NCBI GenBank assembly: GCA_944392145.1
Contig: CALXVS010000003.1
Coordinates: 7,594-71,593 of the forward strand
Source of the DNA: an uncultured Alphaproteobacteria bacterium
GTDB lineage: Bacteria > Pseudomonadota > Alphaproteobacteria > CAAHEQ01 > UBA3637
DNA: 64,000 nucleotides
Direction: 5' to 3'
This document shows positions 9,569-19,402 of the stretch, in pieces. The notes beneath the pieces were generated by a model that searched no databases, was not told the DNA's origin, and worked only from the letters and a program-made list of their open reading frames with translations. A program made the position numbers and the translations under genes. The number at the start of each line of letters is the position of its first letter. Positions within the stretch are counted from its first letter, which is position 1.

Positions 9569-9873
9569 GAAAAATTTTAAAAGAATATTTTATAAAAAAA
9601 CGTCCGACCACCTGATCAGACGCTTTTTTTTGAAATTGAAAAAATCAATTGCGGCTGATTCCCGTTTGTTTTAATTGCGTTGCTGCCAACAATTTAGCGA
9701 CAAGATTAGATTTAAACGGTTCTTTCCCGACGTTTTGTTTACCGCAGGGGAACTCTGTCGCTTTGATAAAATCTTTCGTTGTCATTGTTTGCCTCGCTTT
9801 GTTTTGTCAAATTCTTTCATTATATAAGGAATAATAACACATAAAAACAGGCTTGTCAAGAGTTCTTTTTAAT

Positions 9874-11382
9874 TTATTCTGTAAGAGGAGGTTTCCTGTA
9901 AGATAATGCTTCTGCCATATGTTTCTTTAGAATCACTTCGGATAAATTTAAATCGGCGATTGTGCGGGCAACACGAATCATGCGATGGTATCCACGTCCG
10001 GACAGGCGCATTTGGTCGGCTGCCTGAATCAGTAATGCCTGCGCTTCTTTATCTAAACGGGCCGTTTCTTCCAAAACGGTGCCATTCAGTTCACTGTTTT
10101 GTGTGGCATGAATGTTTTTGAAACGATCGGCTGAAAATTGCTTGGCCGCTGTGACACGTTGTCGGATCGCATTTGAATCTTCTTGCACATTTAAAGAGGC
10201 TAATTCCCATGGTGCGATAAGCGGAACGTCAACATACAAATCAAAACGGTCTAACATCGGGCCGGATATTTTGGCTTGATAATCCGCGGCGCATTTAGGG
10301 GCACGATTGCATTCATGTCCGGCAACGCCATAATACCCACATCGGCAAGGATTCATCGCTGCAATCAATTGAAAGCGTGCCGGATAGGTGACGTGTGCAT
10401 TCGCACGCGCGACGGAAACAATCCCATTCTCAAGCGGTTGACGGAGTGATTCCAGAGTTACTCGTGGAAATTCAGGTAATTCATCTAAAAACAAAATACC
10501 CCGATGAGCTAAGGAAATTTCTCCTGGCTTTGCTTTTAAACCACCCCCAACCAATGCGGGCATGGAAGACGAGTGATGTGGCGCACGAAACGGTCGGGTG
10601 GTAATCAAGTGACCGTCACGCAACAAGCCGGCAATAGAGTGAATTTGACTGACTTGTAAAATTTCATCGGGCGTCATGGGCGGCATGATAGAGGGAAGGC
10701 GGGCGGCTAACATGGATTTGCCCGACCCCGGAGGTCCTGACATCAGAACATTGTGTCCGCCAGCGGCAGCAATTTCCATAACCCGCTTAGCGGTTTCTTG
10801 GCCTTTAACCTCTTTGAAATCAGGTAAAAATAAAGCTGTTTCACTTTTCTTTGTTTGTGGATGGGGCAGATAAGAGACCCCTTTAAAATGTTGAATCAGC
10901 TGTAAAAGCGTATGTGGGGCTAAAATACCTTCATTCCCCGACCAAGCCGCTTCGGACCCCTGCTCCATGGGGCAAACAAAGCCCAAATCTTCGCCGGCTG
11001 CGGCGATACTGGCGGGTAACACCCCGTTGACAGGACGAATAGTTGCATCCAATCCCAATTCTCCCATCATCATAAAGCCATGAATACTTTCAGGGGAAAC
11101 AATTTTCATGGCTGCAATTAATGCCATGGCAATTGGTAAATCGTAATGGGTCCCTTCTTTGGTAACATCGGCCGGTGCTAAATTCACCGTGATATGTTGT
11201 GCCGGTAAAGATAACCCTAATGAGTGCAGAGCTGCGCGAACACGTTCGCGACTTTCAGCAACGGCCTTATCTGCCAACCCGACAATGGTGAATGAGGGCA
11301 AGCCGGCACTTAACTGAACCTCTATATTGATTTTTAAAACACGAATCCCTAAAAAGGAAACACAATGCGTGCACGCAATCAT
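9874..11382 (-). CDS. comM: YifB/ComM family Mg-chelatase-like AAA+ ATPase
   Basis: N-terminal Lon-like domain (LPSFTIVGLADKAVAESRERVRAAL), Walker A GPPGSGKS, Walker B ILFLDELPEF, about 500 aa. Confidence 0.85.
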   Translation of the reverse strand: MIACTHCVSFLGIRVLKINIEVQLSAGLPSFTIVGLADKAVAESRERVRAALHSLGLSLPAQHITVNLAPADVTKEGTHYDLPIAMALIAAMKIVSPESIHGFMMMGELGLDATIRPVNGVLPASIAAAGEDLGFVCPMEQGSEAAWSGNEGILAPHTLLQLIQHFKGVSYLPHPQTKKSETALFLPDFKEVKGQETAKRVMEIAAAGGHNVLMSGPPGSGKSMLAARLPSIMPPMTPDEILQVSQIHSIAGLLRDGHLITTRPFRAPHHSSSMPALVGGGLKAKPGEISLAHRGILFLDELPEFPRVTLESLRQPLENGIVSVARANAHVTYPARFQLIAAMNPCRCGYYGVAGHECNRAPKCAADYQAKISGPMLDRFDLYVDVPLIAPWELASLNVQEDSNAIRQRVTAAKQFSADRFKNIHATQNSELNGTVLEETARLDKEAQALLIQAADQMRLSGRGYHRMIRVARTIADLNLSEVILKKHMAEALSYRKPPLTE

Positions 11383-12075
11383 TTACCACCGGGGAATATT
11401 GTTACTGTCGCGCCACTGTGACCCTTGCGGATAATCAGATTCGGAGGGAAGTTCTTTAAATCCGGCAAAACGCGGTGCATTGCGTAACCGAATGTATCCT
11501 TGCCCCTCATATTGCTGCAAACATCCTGCATCAGAAGCATTGCATTTAACCAAATCCCGATTTTCAGGGTGTTGTAACACAACGGACATTAACGGATCCG
11601 ATGTTGGTAAAACGTTATAAGCAGGGACTTCTTCAGAAATAACACTGTTAGATGAAGAAGAAAAAGATTCTGGCGATGCATTTTGCGGTACAGGCGCGGT
11701 ATAAGAGAAGGCATCAGCCGTTACCGAATCTCTTTGAAACGTTGGCGTAAATGTTGTTTGAACCCCATATGTCGGTTGTGCCATCATCGGTGTAGCAGGC
11801 TGATACGCTGTATTTCCTGTATAAGACGGCAACATTACCTCCGTATTTGTATAAGCTTGATTAGACACATCAAAAGAGGCCTGTGTATATTCTTGTACCG
11901 GTGCCGATGCATAAGTCATATCGGTCGGTTGTTGTAACATGTATTCGGGCAGACCGATCGGTTGTTGAATTGTGCCTGTTTGGGGGGAGCGAACCTCTTC
12001 CCGCACAACATGATATTCTTTTTGTGTGCAAGCACCCAGTAAAATAAAAACGGATAAAAAAAGTATTTTTTTCAT
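11383..12075 (-). CDS. lipoprotein, Pro/Gln/Thr/Tyr-rich low-complexity
   Basis: Lipobox at internal Met (MKKILFLSVFILLGAC). The long upstream extension in the ORF track was rejected. The stop abuts the comM start, so the two are likely co-transcribed. Confidence 0.5.
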   Translation of the reverse strand: MKKILFLSVFILLGACTQKEYHVVREEVRSPQTGTIQQPIGLPEYMLQQPTDMTYASAPVQEYTQASFDVSNQAYTNTEVMLPSYTGNTAYQPATPMMAQPTYGVQTTFTPTFQRDSVTADAFSYTAPVPQNASPESFSSSSNSVISEEVPAYNVLPTSDPLMSVVLQHPENRDLVKCNASDAGCLQQYEGQGYIRLRNAPRFAGFKELPSESDYPQGSQWRDSNNIPRW

Positions 12076-12310
12076 AACGACCTCATTTATATGGTTTGGA
12101 TGCAGTATAACAGAAAACAAATGAAAAAAGAAGTTTTTTTTCGTTATTTTTCAAAAAAAAGATGCGGATACTTATAAAAAAGAGGTGCATAGCCTGATAT
12201 GCTGAATAAAAACAGCTTGTTTTTTTAATAATATGATGTGTTTCGGATATGTTCGTTTGTTTGATTTTGATTTCTTGTTATCCCCTTTGGCATACGATTT
12301 TATTTTTTTC

Positions 12311-12339
12311 TTGTTATAAATAACGGAATATGTTATAAG
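12311..12339 (+). promoter_or_regulatory. candidate sigma70 promoter (TTGTTA-17-TATAAG) for the aas fusion gene
   Basis: Sequence read directly; lies 40 nt upstream of ATG 12379. Confidence 0.3.
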
Positions 12340-12378
12340 CAACCCGTTTTTTAATGTTTTTCTTTTTTAGGAGTCCTT

Positions 12379-15300
12379 ATGTCGGAACGTTTTTTCGGCA
12401 ATAAACCGTTTTTGCCGTTATTGTTGTCATATTTTATTTCGGCAGTTAATGAAAATTTTATTCGGATTGTATTTTTATTTTTCGTGACTTATCAAATGAC
12501 GCAAACAAGTCCCGCTTTTTTTGTGTCGGCCGTTATTCTTTATTTTCTTTTTTTCTGTATCGGTGCTGTGTGTTCAGGACAGATTGCTGATAAAATTTCA
12601 AAAGTGAAATTTTTGGTATTTGTTCGGCTGTTTGAAGTTATGATTATGGCTATGGCGCTTTTAAGTATATTTATGGATTCACGGTTACTATTGACCTTGA
12701 TTGCGGCGGCTATGGGATTTGCTAATGCTTGTTTGCGGGTTGTTAATTATTCCGTTATGCCTCAGCTTGTTGACAGGAATCATTTAAATACCGGTAATAT
12801 TTGGATGAAAGTGGCGACATTTTTTTCTGCCGGGTGTGCGGCTCTTTTATTGACATCAATTTTAAAATTTAATGCCGCATATCAAGTGATTTGTTTGATT
12901 GGACTGATTTTGGCAGTGGTCAGCTTATTTGTTACGTTGAAACTCCCGTTAACAGATCCGGTTGATCCCGACAGCCGGATCAGTAAAAATCCGATTGCTG
13001 TTTTTGATTTTGTGGCGCGACAAATTAAAAATCGGTTTGATTTATGGACGTATTTGGTTGGTATCGCGTGGTTTTGGATATTGGGAACACTTGTTTTTGT
13101 TTTTTCTGCTGAATATGGCCATTCTGTTTTAAATGCTCGTTGGTCAACGGTTATGTTTTTATCCACAGGCGTTTTTACATTCGGATTTATAGGGGGGGGC
13201 TATTTATACCGAAAATTATCGGCTACTGGAAATTTCAGCGGACATATTTGTTTGACAACATTGGCTATTTCTGTTTTTTTATGTGATTTAGTTTTCGCGG
13301 GATTTTCAATTGAAACAATGCAAGCCCCAAAAGCCGTTTCGGTTATTCGGATGTTTAGTGAGTTTGAATATATTCGGGTGCTGATTGATGTGGCAGCATT
13401 GGGAATATTGGCCGGATTATATATTATTCCTTTTTATACGTTGCTTCAGCTAGGAACACCAGAAAGAATTTTGGGACGGGTAATGTCCTTTTCGGGAATG
13501 GTAAATGCCTTATCTGTCGCTGGTGCTTTTTTAGTGGTTTTAAGTTTTAAAATCTTGTCTTTTTCAGTCTTGGATATTTTATTATGTTTCGGCATTGTAA
13601 ATATTTTTGTTGGTATTTACATGGTACGTTTGTTGCCGATTCAAACACGTCGGCGGGTGTTTCGGGTTGTATTCAAGTTATTGTTTCATGCGCGCATAAA
13701 AGGTCTTGAGAACCTTAAAAAGGCAGGAGATAAGGCATTAATTATCACCAATCATACATCTTATTTAGATGTGTTATTGATTTCAACTTTTATTGATCGG
13801 CCGATTGTTTTTGCTGTCAGTGATCAGTTGATTGACAAAACAGTGGTTAAATTTATGACCAATTTAGTGGATGTGCGTCCTTTGGATCCAATGAGCCCGT
13901 TTGCCGTTAAAGCAATGGTGGAGGAATTAAAGAAAAATCAGTTGTGCATGATCTTTACCGAAGGCATTATTGAAGGCGGTAACACACGGATGAAAATTTA
14001 TGAAGGGCCGGCGATGATGGCTTTAAAGGCAGAGGCTCCGATTGTTCCAATTCGGATTGACGGTGCCGATCAAACGTTTTTTTCCCGTGTTCTTAAAACA
14101 AAAGCGCCGTTTCGCTTTTTCCCGACCATAACATTGACGGTTAAAAAACCGGTATTTTTTGATTTGCCCGATGATTTAACAACACGTGAATGCCGTGAAA
14201 AATCAAGTTCTATGTTATTTGATGTGTTGTCTGATATGACATTTGAAAATTATCGGATTAATCGCACCGTTTTCGGAGCGTTAGCCGATTCAATGCAAAT
14301 GGTCGGGCGATTTAAACGTGTTTTGGAAGATACCGATCGAAAACCGTTGTCATTCTGGGCCGTGTTTATGCGTTCTTTCATTTTAGGGCGTTTGTTGAAA
14401 CGAGCGTTGTCGGATGAAAAAGAAGTTGGATTGATGGTGCCGACATCTAATACATGTGCCCTTTGCTTTTTGGGGTTACATGCTTTTGGGAAAACGCCGG
14501 CAATGATCAATTTTACATCTGGTCCCAAACAGGTGATCGCAACATGCCGCACGGTGGGATTGAAAACAATTGTAACGGCTAAAAAAGTTGTATTATTGGC
14601 TAAATTAGAGGGGCTTGTCAGTGCTGTTGAAGAAGCGGGCATTCGGGTGCTATATTTAGAAGATTTAAAACCGACGCTCTCCTTTACCGATAAAATGATC
14701 GGTATCATCGGCGGGATGTTCCCAAAACTTCTTTATCGTAAGGTTGAAGCTACGCAAACGCCTGAAGATCCGGCGGTTATTTTATTTACTTCCGGTTCAG
14801 AAGGATTCCCGAAAGCGGTTTTCCTGACACACCGAAATTTGTTGGCAAACTGCTATCAGATTCCGTCGCGGTTTGATGTGTATCCGACAGACGTATTTTT
14901 AAACTGCTTGCCGATGTTCCATTCTTTCGGATTGGGGGCCGGTACGATTTTACCCCTGTTATTGGGGGTAAAAACTGTTTTGTATCCGACACCGTTGCAC
15001 TATCGGATTATTCCGGAAATTTGTGCTTCGGCCAAAGCAACAATTTTTTTCGGAACGGATACGTTCTTGGCCGGGTATGCAAAATGTGCCAATCCGTATG
15101 ATTTTAACAGTTTAAGAATTGTTGCTGCGGGGGCAGAAAAAGTCAAAGATGAAACGCGTAAAATTTGGGCCGAAAAATTCGGCGTGCGACTCTTTGAGGG
15201 GTATGGTGCGACCGAATGTTCACCGTTTATTTCCGTGAATACCTTTTTACATCAAAAGAAAGGATCCGTCGGCCGGTTATTGCCGCATATTGAATATCGT

Positions 15301-15795
15301 TTAAAGCCGGTTGAGGGTATTAAAGAGGGGAAGGAGTTGTGGATTAAAGGGCCCAATATTATGAAAGGTTATATGCGTTATGACAAGCCGTTGGTATTGG
15401 ATCCGCCTGCAGACGGTTGGTATGATACGGGTGATATTGTTGACATTGATGCGGAAGGGTATATTTTTATTAAAGGACGATGCAAACGGTTTGCCAAAAT
15501 CGGAGGTGAAATGGTATCACTTTTAGCCGTTGAGCAAGTCATTGATAAACGCTGGCCTGGGTTTGTTTTTGGGGCAGTTAGTATCCCCGACGCCCGTAAG
15601 GGGGAGCAAATTGTTTTGATTACAACATGTCCGGATGTGAATAGAGAGGAAATGGTTGTCGCTTTTAAAGCCGCCGGTGTGACCGAGTTAGGGCTCCCTT
15701 CAAAAGTGATTGTGACCAATACGCCGCCCTTGCTGGGAACGGGTAAATTTGATTATGTCCTGGCCAAAGAGCTGGCGCAAAAAGGTGTGGCGTGA
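12379..15795 (+). CDS. aas: tri-domain fusion: MFS lysophospholipid transporter (LplT-like) + 1-acyl-glycerol-phosphate-type acyltransferase (PlsC) + acyl-ACP synthetase (AMP-binding); Aas-like
   Basis: 1138 aa. N-terminal about 420 aa has 12 TM helices. Middle domain has HxxxxD acyltransferase context (ITNHTSYLDV). C-terminal AMP-binding motifs (LFTSGSEGFPKAV; YGATEC; GWYDTGD; KIGGEMVSL). Confidence 0.8.
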   Translation: MSERFFGNKPFLPLLLSYFISAVNENFIRIVFLFFVTYQMTQTSPAFFVSAVILYFLFFCIGAVCSGQIADKISKVKFLVFVRLFEVMIMAMALLSIFMDSRLLLTLIAAAMGFANACLRVVNYSVMPQLVDRNHLNTGNIWMKVATFFSAGCAALLLTSILKFNAAYQVICLIGLILAVVSLFVTLKLPLTDPVDPDSRISKNPIAVFDFVARQIKNRFDLWTYLVGIAWFWILGTLVFVFSAEYGHSVLNARWSTVMFLSTGVFTFGFIGGGYLYRKLSATGNFSGHICLTTLAISVFLCDLVFAGFSIETMQAPKAVSVIRMFSEFEYIRVLIDVAALGILAGLYIIPFYTLLQLGTPERILGRVMSFSGMVNALSVAGAFLVVLSFKILSFSVLDILLCFGIVNIFVGIYMVRLLPIQTRRRVFRVVFKLLFHARIKGLENLKKAGDKALIITNHTSYLDVLLISTFIDRPIVFAVSDQLIDKTVVKFMTNLVDVRPLDPMSPFAVKAMVEELKKNQLCMIFTEGIIEGGNTRMKIYEGPAMMALKAEAPIVPIRIDGADQTFFSRVLKTKAPFRFFPTITLTVKKPVFFDLPDDLTTRECREKSSSMLFDVLSDMTFENYRINRTVFGALADSMQMVGRFKRVLEDTDRKPLSFWAVFMRSFILGRLLKRALSDEKEVGLMVPTSNTCALCFLGLHAFGKTPAMINFTSGPKQVIATCRTVGLKTIVTAKKVVLLAKLEGLVSAVEEAGIRVLYLEDLKPTLSFTDKMIGIIGGMFPKLLYRKVEATQTPEDPAVILFTSGSEGFPKAVFLTHRNLLANCYQIPSRFDVYPTDVFLNCLPMFHSFGLGAGTILPLLLGVKTVLYPTPLHYRIIPEICASAKATIFFGTDTFLAGYAKCANPYDFNSLRIVAAGAEKVKDETRKIWAEKFGVRLFEGYGATECSPFISVNTFLHQKKGSVGRLLPHIEYRLKPVEGIKEGKELWIKGPNIMKGYMRYDKPLVLDPPADGWYDTGDIVDIDAEGYIFIKGRCKRFAKIGGEMVSLLAVEQVIDKRWPGFVFGAVSIPDARKGEQIVLITTCPDVNREEMVVAFKAAGVTELGLPSKVIVTNTPPLLGTGKFDYVLAKELAQKGVA

Positions 15796-15831
15796 CACGT
15801 TGTTTTTATTGTATAAGAAAAGGAGAAAAGT

Positions 15832-16254
15832 ATGGCAAAACAAAGAACTTTTTCAATTATTAAACCCGATGCAACCAATCGGAATTTAACCGGTGCAATT
15901 AATGCCAAAATTGAAGCTGCCGGCTTAAGGATTATTGCCCAAAAACGTATTAAAATTACGAAAGAACAGGCTGAAACGTTTTATGCCGTGCATGCGGGCA
16001 AGCCATTTTTTGATGGATTGGTTGCGTTTATGTGTTCGGCCCCTGTTGTTGTTCAAGTTTTGGAAGGAGAAGATGCTATTGCATCTTATCGGACTTTAAT
16101 GGGAAAGACCGATCCGGCCGAAGCGGCGCCGGGGACGATTCGAGCCGAATTTGCTGTCAGCAAGGGGGAAAATTCCGTTCATGGTTCCGATTCGCCGGAA
16201 AATGCAGCCATTGAAATTGCACAATTTTTCAGTGGGAATGAAATTGTCGGATAG
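15832..16254 (+). CDS. ndk: nucleoside diphosphate kinase
   Basis: 140 aa with the active-site region NSVHGSDS. Confidence 0.9.
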   Translation: MAKQRTFSIIKPDATNRNLTGAINAKIEAAGLRIIAQKRIKITKEQAETFYAVHAGKPFFDGLVAFMCSAPVVVQVLEGEDAIASYRTLMGKTDPAEAAPGTIRAEFAVSKGENSVHGSDSPENAAIEIAQFFSGNEIVG

Positions 16255-16278
16255 TTTCTTTTAAACTCTGTGTCATTA

Positions 16279-16325
16279 TCGGATGCGCCCTCGGCTTTTA
16301 AAGCCGAGGGCGCCGGATCGTTTTT
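16279..16325 (+). terminator. rho-independent terminator after ndk
   Basis: GC-rich hairpin gcgccctcggc-ttttaaa-gccgagggcgc followed by a TTTTT run. Confidence 0.7.
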
Positions 16326-16399
16326 AAACGGAATAATTCGGTTGAAAAATATTTATTTTTTCCGTATACTTTACTTATAAAATAAAAAGGCTTTTTTTG

Positions 16400-17323
16400 A
16401 TGTCCGCACATATTCCCGTTTTGTTGCAAGAAGTATTATCCATGTTAGAGGCTGCCCGCGGCGGTGTGTTTGTTGATGCAACTTTTGGGGCAGGGGGATA
16501 CACCCGCGGGATTTTAAGTGCCGCTCCTTGTAATCGGGTTATTGCGTTTGACCGCGATCCGAATGCTGTCCCTGTGGCACAAGAGGTGGCGCATAAATGG
16601 CCGAATCGTTTTTCATTCATTCATGATTGTTTTGGTGAAATGGCGCGGTATGTGACCCAACCGGTTGACGGTATCGTTTTTGATTTAGGGGTTTCATCTA
16701 TGCAGATTGATAAGCCCGAACGCGGTTTTTCCTTTCGCTTAAATGGACCGTTGGATATGCGTATGGGGCAAGCCGGTATTTCCGCGAAAGAAGTTGTTAA
16801 TGAGTTTGATGAAACGCGTCTGGCCGATATTTTATATCGTTTCGGTGAAGAACGGGCAGCGTATCGTATTGCGCGCGCCCTTGTTCGGGCGCGACAGGAA
16901 AAACCGATTGTAACAACAGCGCAGTTAGCTGAAATCATTCATCATGTTATGCCACGACCGAAAGACGGTTCGGACAGTGCTATGCGATCGTTTCAGGCAA
17001 TCCGTATTTTTGTAAATGATGAGTTGGGGGAATTGCAACGGGCGTTAGAGGCTTCCCCGTCTTTACTGAAACCCGGGGGACGGTTGGTTGTTGTATCATT
17101 TCATTCATTAGAAGATCGTCTGGTCAAATCATTTATGAACTTAAACGGTGGGTTAGCAGCCCGCCCGAATAAATATCTGCCCGAGACAACTTCGCAACCG
17201 GTTCTTTTTCAGGTATTGACAAAAAAACCAATTGTCCCTACACCGGCAGAAGTGACGCATAACCCAAGAGCGCACAGTGCAAAAATGCGAGTGGCGCAAA
17301 GAACAAAGAGTGCATTGCCATGA
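16400..17323 (+). CDS. rsmH: 16S rRNA (cytosine1402-N4)-methyltransferase
   Basis: MSAHIPVLL..., SAM-binding motif FVDATFGAGGYTRGIL. ATG 16400; the track start 16397 is a TTG. First gene of the dcw cluster. Confidence 0.9.
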   Translation: MSAHIPVLLQEVLSMLEAARGGVFVDATFGAGGYTRGILSAAPCNRVIAFDRDPNAVPVAQEVAHKWPNRFSFIHDCFGEMARYVTQPVDGIVFDLGVSSMQIDKPERGFSFRLNGPLDMRMGQAGISAKEVVNEFDETRLADILYRFGEERAAYRIARALVRARQEKPIVTTAQLAEIIHHVMPRPKDGSDSAMRSFQAIRIFVNDELGELQRALEASPSLLKPGGRLVVVSFHSLEDRLVKSFMNLNGGLAARPNKYLPETTSQPVLFQVLTKKPIVPTPAEVTHNPRAHSAKMRVAQRTKSALP

Positions 17324-17670
17324 AGCGGCTTGTTTGGAATGTCTTTTTTATTTTGATTGCCGTTTTTTCCGGTGTGCGTGCTTTTATGGTCAAATATGAC
17401 GTGATAGCCAAAGAAGATCAGCTGAAAGAAATTTATCGGCAAATTTTGGATGATAAGCGGGAAATCCATATGTTACAGGCAGAGTGGATGTATTTAAACG
17501 ATCCACAGCGCTTAAAGCAATTGATTGCGGCACAAACGGTGTTTGCACCTGTTTTAAGAACACAAATCGTGTCTGTTGCTGACTTGCCGGATATACCGGC
17601 GCCGATTCCTGTATCTAAACCGGCATTTTTTACATCGGATAAAGAGGTATCGGAACATGTGGCCCCGTAG
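17320..17670 (+). CDS. ftsL: cell division protein FtsL (alphaproteobacterial type)
   Basis: 116 aa, single N-terminal TM, coiled-coil-like middle. Position between rsmH and ftsI. The start overlaps the rsmH stop (ATGA). Confidence 0.6.
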   Translation: MKRLVWNVFFILIAVFSGVRAFMVKYDVIAKEDQLKEIYRQILDDKREIHMLQAEWMYLNDPQRLKQLIAAQTVFAPVLRTQIVSVADLPDIPAPIPVSKPAFFTSDKEVSEHVAP

Positions 17671-19399
17671 AAAGAAAGAGGTGTTTTATTATCCGGGTGT
17701 TGAGGTTTCTTTAAAGGTCAAAGATAAATACCGGTGCTTGGATCGTGTAACATTAAAAGCCGTTCAAACAGCGCGAAGCCGGATGCTCCTTTTGATGTGT
17801 GGTGTTGGTCTTTTTTTTGGTATTATTGGATTGCGATTGTTTCAATTAACAGTTTTGGACTATCGGGCACGACCGACACCGACATTGTCAACCGAAACGA
17901 CGTTTGCCTTAAAACGACAGGATATTTTGGATCGGCACGGCACTTTATTGGCGACGGGATTGCCGACCATTGATATTTATATGGAGAAAGGGGAGGCGCG
18001 TTCTTCTGAAGAAATTGCACGTCAGTTGGTTAAAATTTTCCCTGATTTAAGTTTTAAATTTGTTATGAAACAGTTGTCTGATGCGTCCCGATTTCGTTAT
18101 ATTAAGCGAAATATTACACCCAAAGAGCGCAGTCGTCTGAATTGGTTGGGATATTATTTTTTAAAAGAATCATCAGGCGAAAAACGTGTTTATCCGCAAG
18201 GAAATTTATTTTCACATTTAATCGGTGCGGTTGATCCGGATAACAACGGTATTTCCGGATTAGAAAAGTCATTAGAACCCCTTTTATCCGAATCGCCCGT
18301 TTTTTTATCACTTGACTTGGCGGTTCAGGAAATGACGCGCTCTGTTTTGGAAAAAAGTATTCGGACATATCAAGCCGACGGTGCATTGGGCTTGGTTATG
18401 GATGTGCGTAACGGTGAAATATTAGCATCGGTTTCTTTACCGGATTTTAATCCGAATCTGCCACGGGAAGATGTAACGGACCCGAAATATTTTAACAAAC
18501 CGGTTTCGGGGACGTACGAAATGGGTTCTGTTTTTAAATTATTTAACACAGCTATGGCGTTGGAATATGGGGATATTCGTCCGCAAAGCACATTTGATGC
18601 CTCGGAACCCTTGAAAATCGGGCAAAAAACAATCACAGATTTTCATGGTCAAGCCCGCATGTTGAGTGTTGCAGAAGTTTTGATGCATTCTTCAAACATT
18701 GCAACAGCCCAAATTGCTTTGCGCAGCGGTTATGAAAAACAAAAAGCATTTTTAGAAACGTTCCGTTTCAATGAAAGACTGTCCTTAAAATTACCCGAAA
18801 GAGCGGCTCCGTCGTTTCCGCGAGAAAAAAAGTGGGCAAACATCACATCGGCTAATGTTGGGTTCGGCTATGGGTTGTCCGTAACACCGATGCACGTGAT
18901 TGCCGGTGTTGCGGCTCTTGTAAACGGAGGGATATATCATATGCCGACATTTATACGCGGCGGGAATGACGGGACGGTTGAATATCAAGTGTTGGCCGAA
19001 AAAAATTCCAATGTTTTGCGGCATATGATGTGGGCGGTTTTGAATTGGAATGCCAAAGAGGACAGTATTGAACACCAATATGCCGTTGGCGGAAAGACGG
19101 GATCGGCTAATTTATTGAAAGACGGTCGTTACATAGAAGGGGCTTTACGCACAACATTTGTTGCCGCGTTCCCGATGACAGCTCCGCAATATGCGGTGTT
19201 GGTTATGTTGGAAAATCCCAGAAAAATTAAAGAAACATTTATGATGAATGCTGCCGGATGGAATGCCAAACCGACCGGATTACAGCTTATTTCACAAATC
19301 GCACCGTATTTGGGGGTTGCCCCTGTCGGATCATGGTCACAACCGGCTTATATTGAACAGGCGATTGAGCGATCCAAAAATTATAAAAAGAAGAGGTAA
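17657..19399 (+). CDS. ftsI: peptidoglycan D,D-transpeptidase FtsI (PBP3)
   Basis: Transpeptidase motifs: SxxK context (GSVFKLF), SSN (HSSN) and KTG (GGKTGSA). Start moved to ATG 17657, which has an aaagagg RBS; the 17576 start was rejected because it overlaps ftsL by 95 nt. Confidence 0.85.
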   Translation: MWPRRKKEVFYYPGVEVSLKVKDKYRCLDRVTLKAVQTARSRMLLLMCGVGLFFGIIGLRLFQLTVLDYRARPTPTLSTETTFALKRQDILDRHGTLLATGLPTIDIYMEKGEARSSEEIARQLVKIFPDLSFKFVMKQLSDASRFRYIKRNITPKERSRLNWLGYYFLKESSGEKRVYPQGNLFSHLIGAVDPDNNGISGLEKSLEPLLSESPVFLSLDLAVQEMTRSVLEKSIRTYQADGALGLVMDVRNGEILASVSLPDFNPNLPREDVTDPKYFNKPVSGTYEMGSVFKLFNTAMALEYGDIRPQSTFDASEPLKIGQKTITDFHGQARMLSVAEVLMHSSNIATAQIALRSGYEKQKAFLETFRFNERLSLKLPERAAPSFPREKKWANITSANVGFGYGLSVTPMHVIAGVAALVNGGIYHMPTFIRGGNDGTVEYQVLAEKNSNVLRHMMWAVLNWNAKEDSIEHQYAVGGKTGSANLLKDGRYIEGALRTTFVAAFPMTAPQYAVLVMLENPRKIKETFMMNAAGWNAKPTGLQLISQIAPYLGVAPVGSWSQPAYIEQAIERSKNYKKKR

Positions 19400-19402
19400 A
19401 GC

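Noticed and set aside
9597-9636. A7-cgtccgaccacctgatcagacg-T8, resembling a bidirectional terminator downstream of comM
   Set aside because: The stem is only about 4 bp (CGTC/GACG) with a 14-nt loop. The flanking A/T runs are suggestive but the hairpin is too weak to call.
9649-9834. 61-aa ORF in the tRNA-Thr/comM intergenic region
   Set aside because: No RBS and a low-complexity hydrophobic composition. The region is better explained as the tRNA promoter and upstream sequence.
17576-17656. N-terminal extension of the ftsI ORF (track start at 17576)
   Set aside because: It would overlap ftsL by 95 nt in another frame and adds an Arg-rich non-PBP sequence. The internal ATG at 17657 has a good RBS (aaagagg) and gives a canonical FtsI N-terminus.
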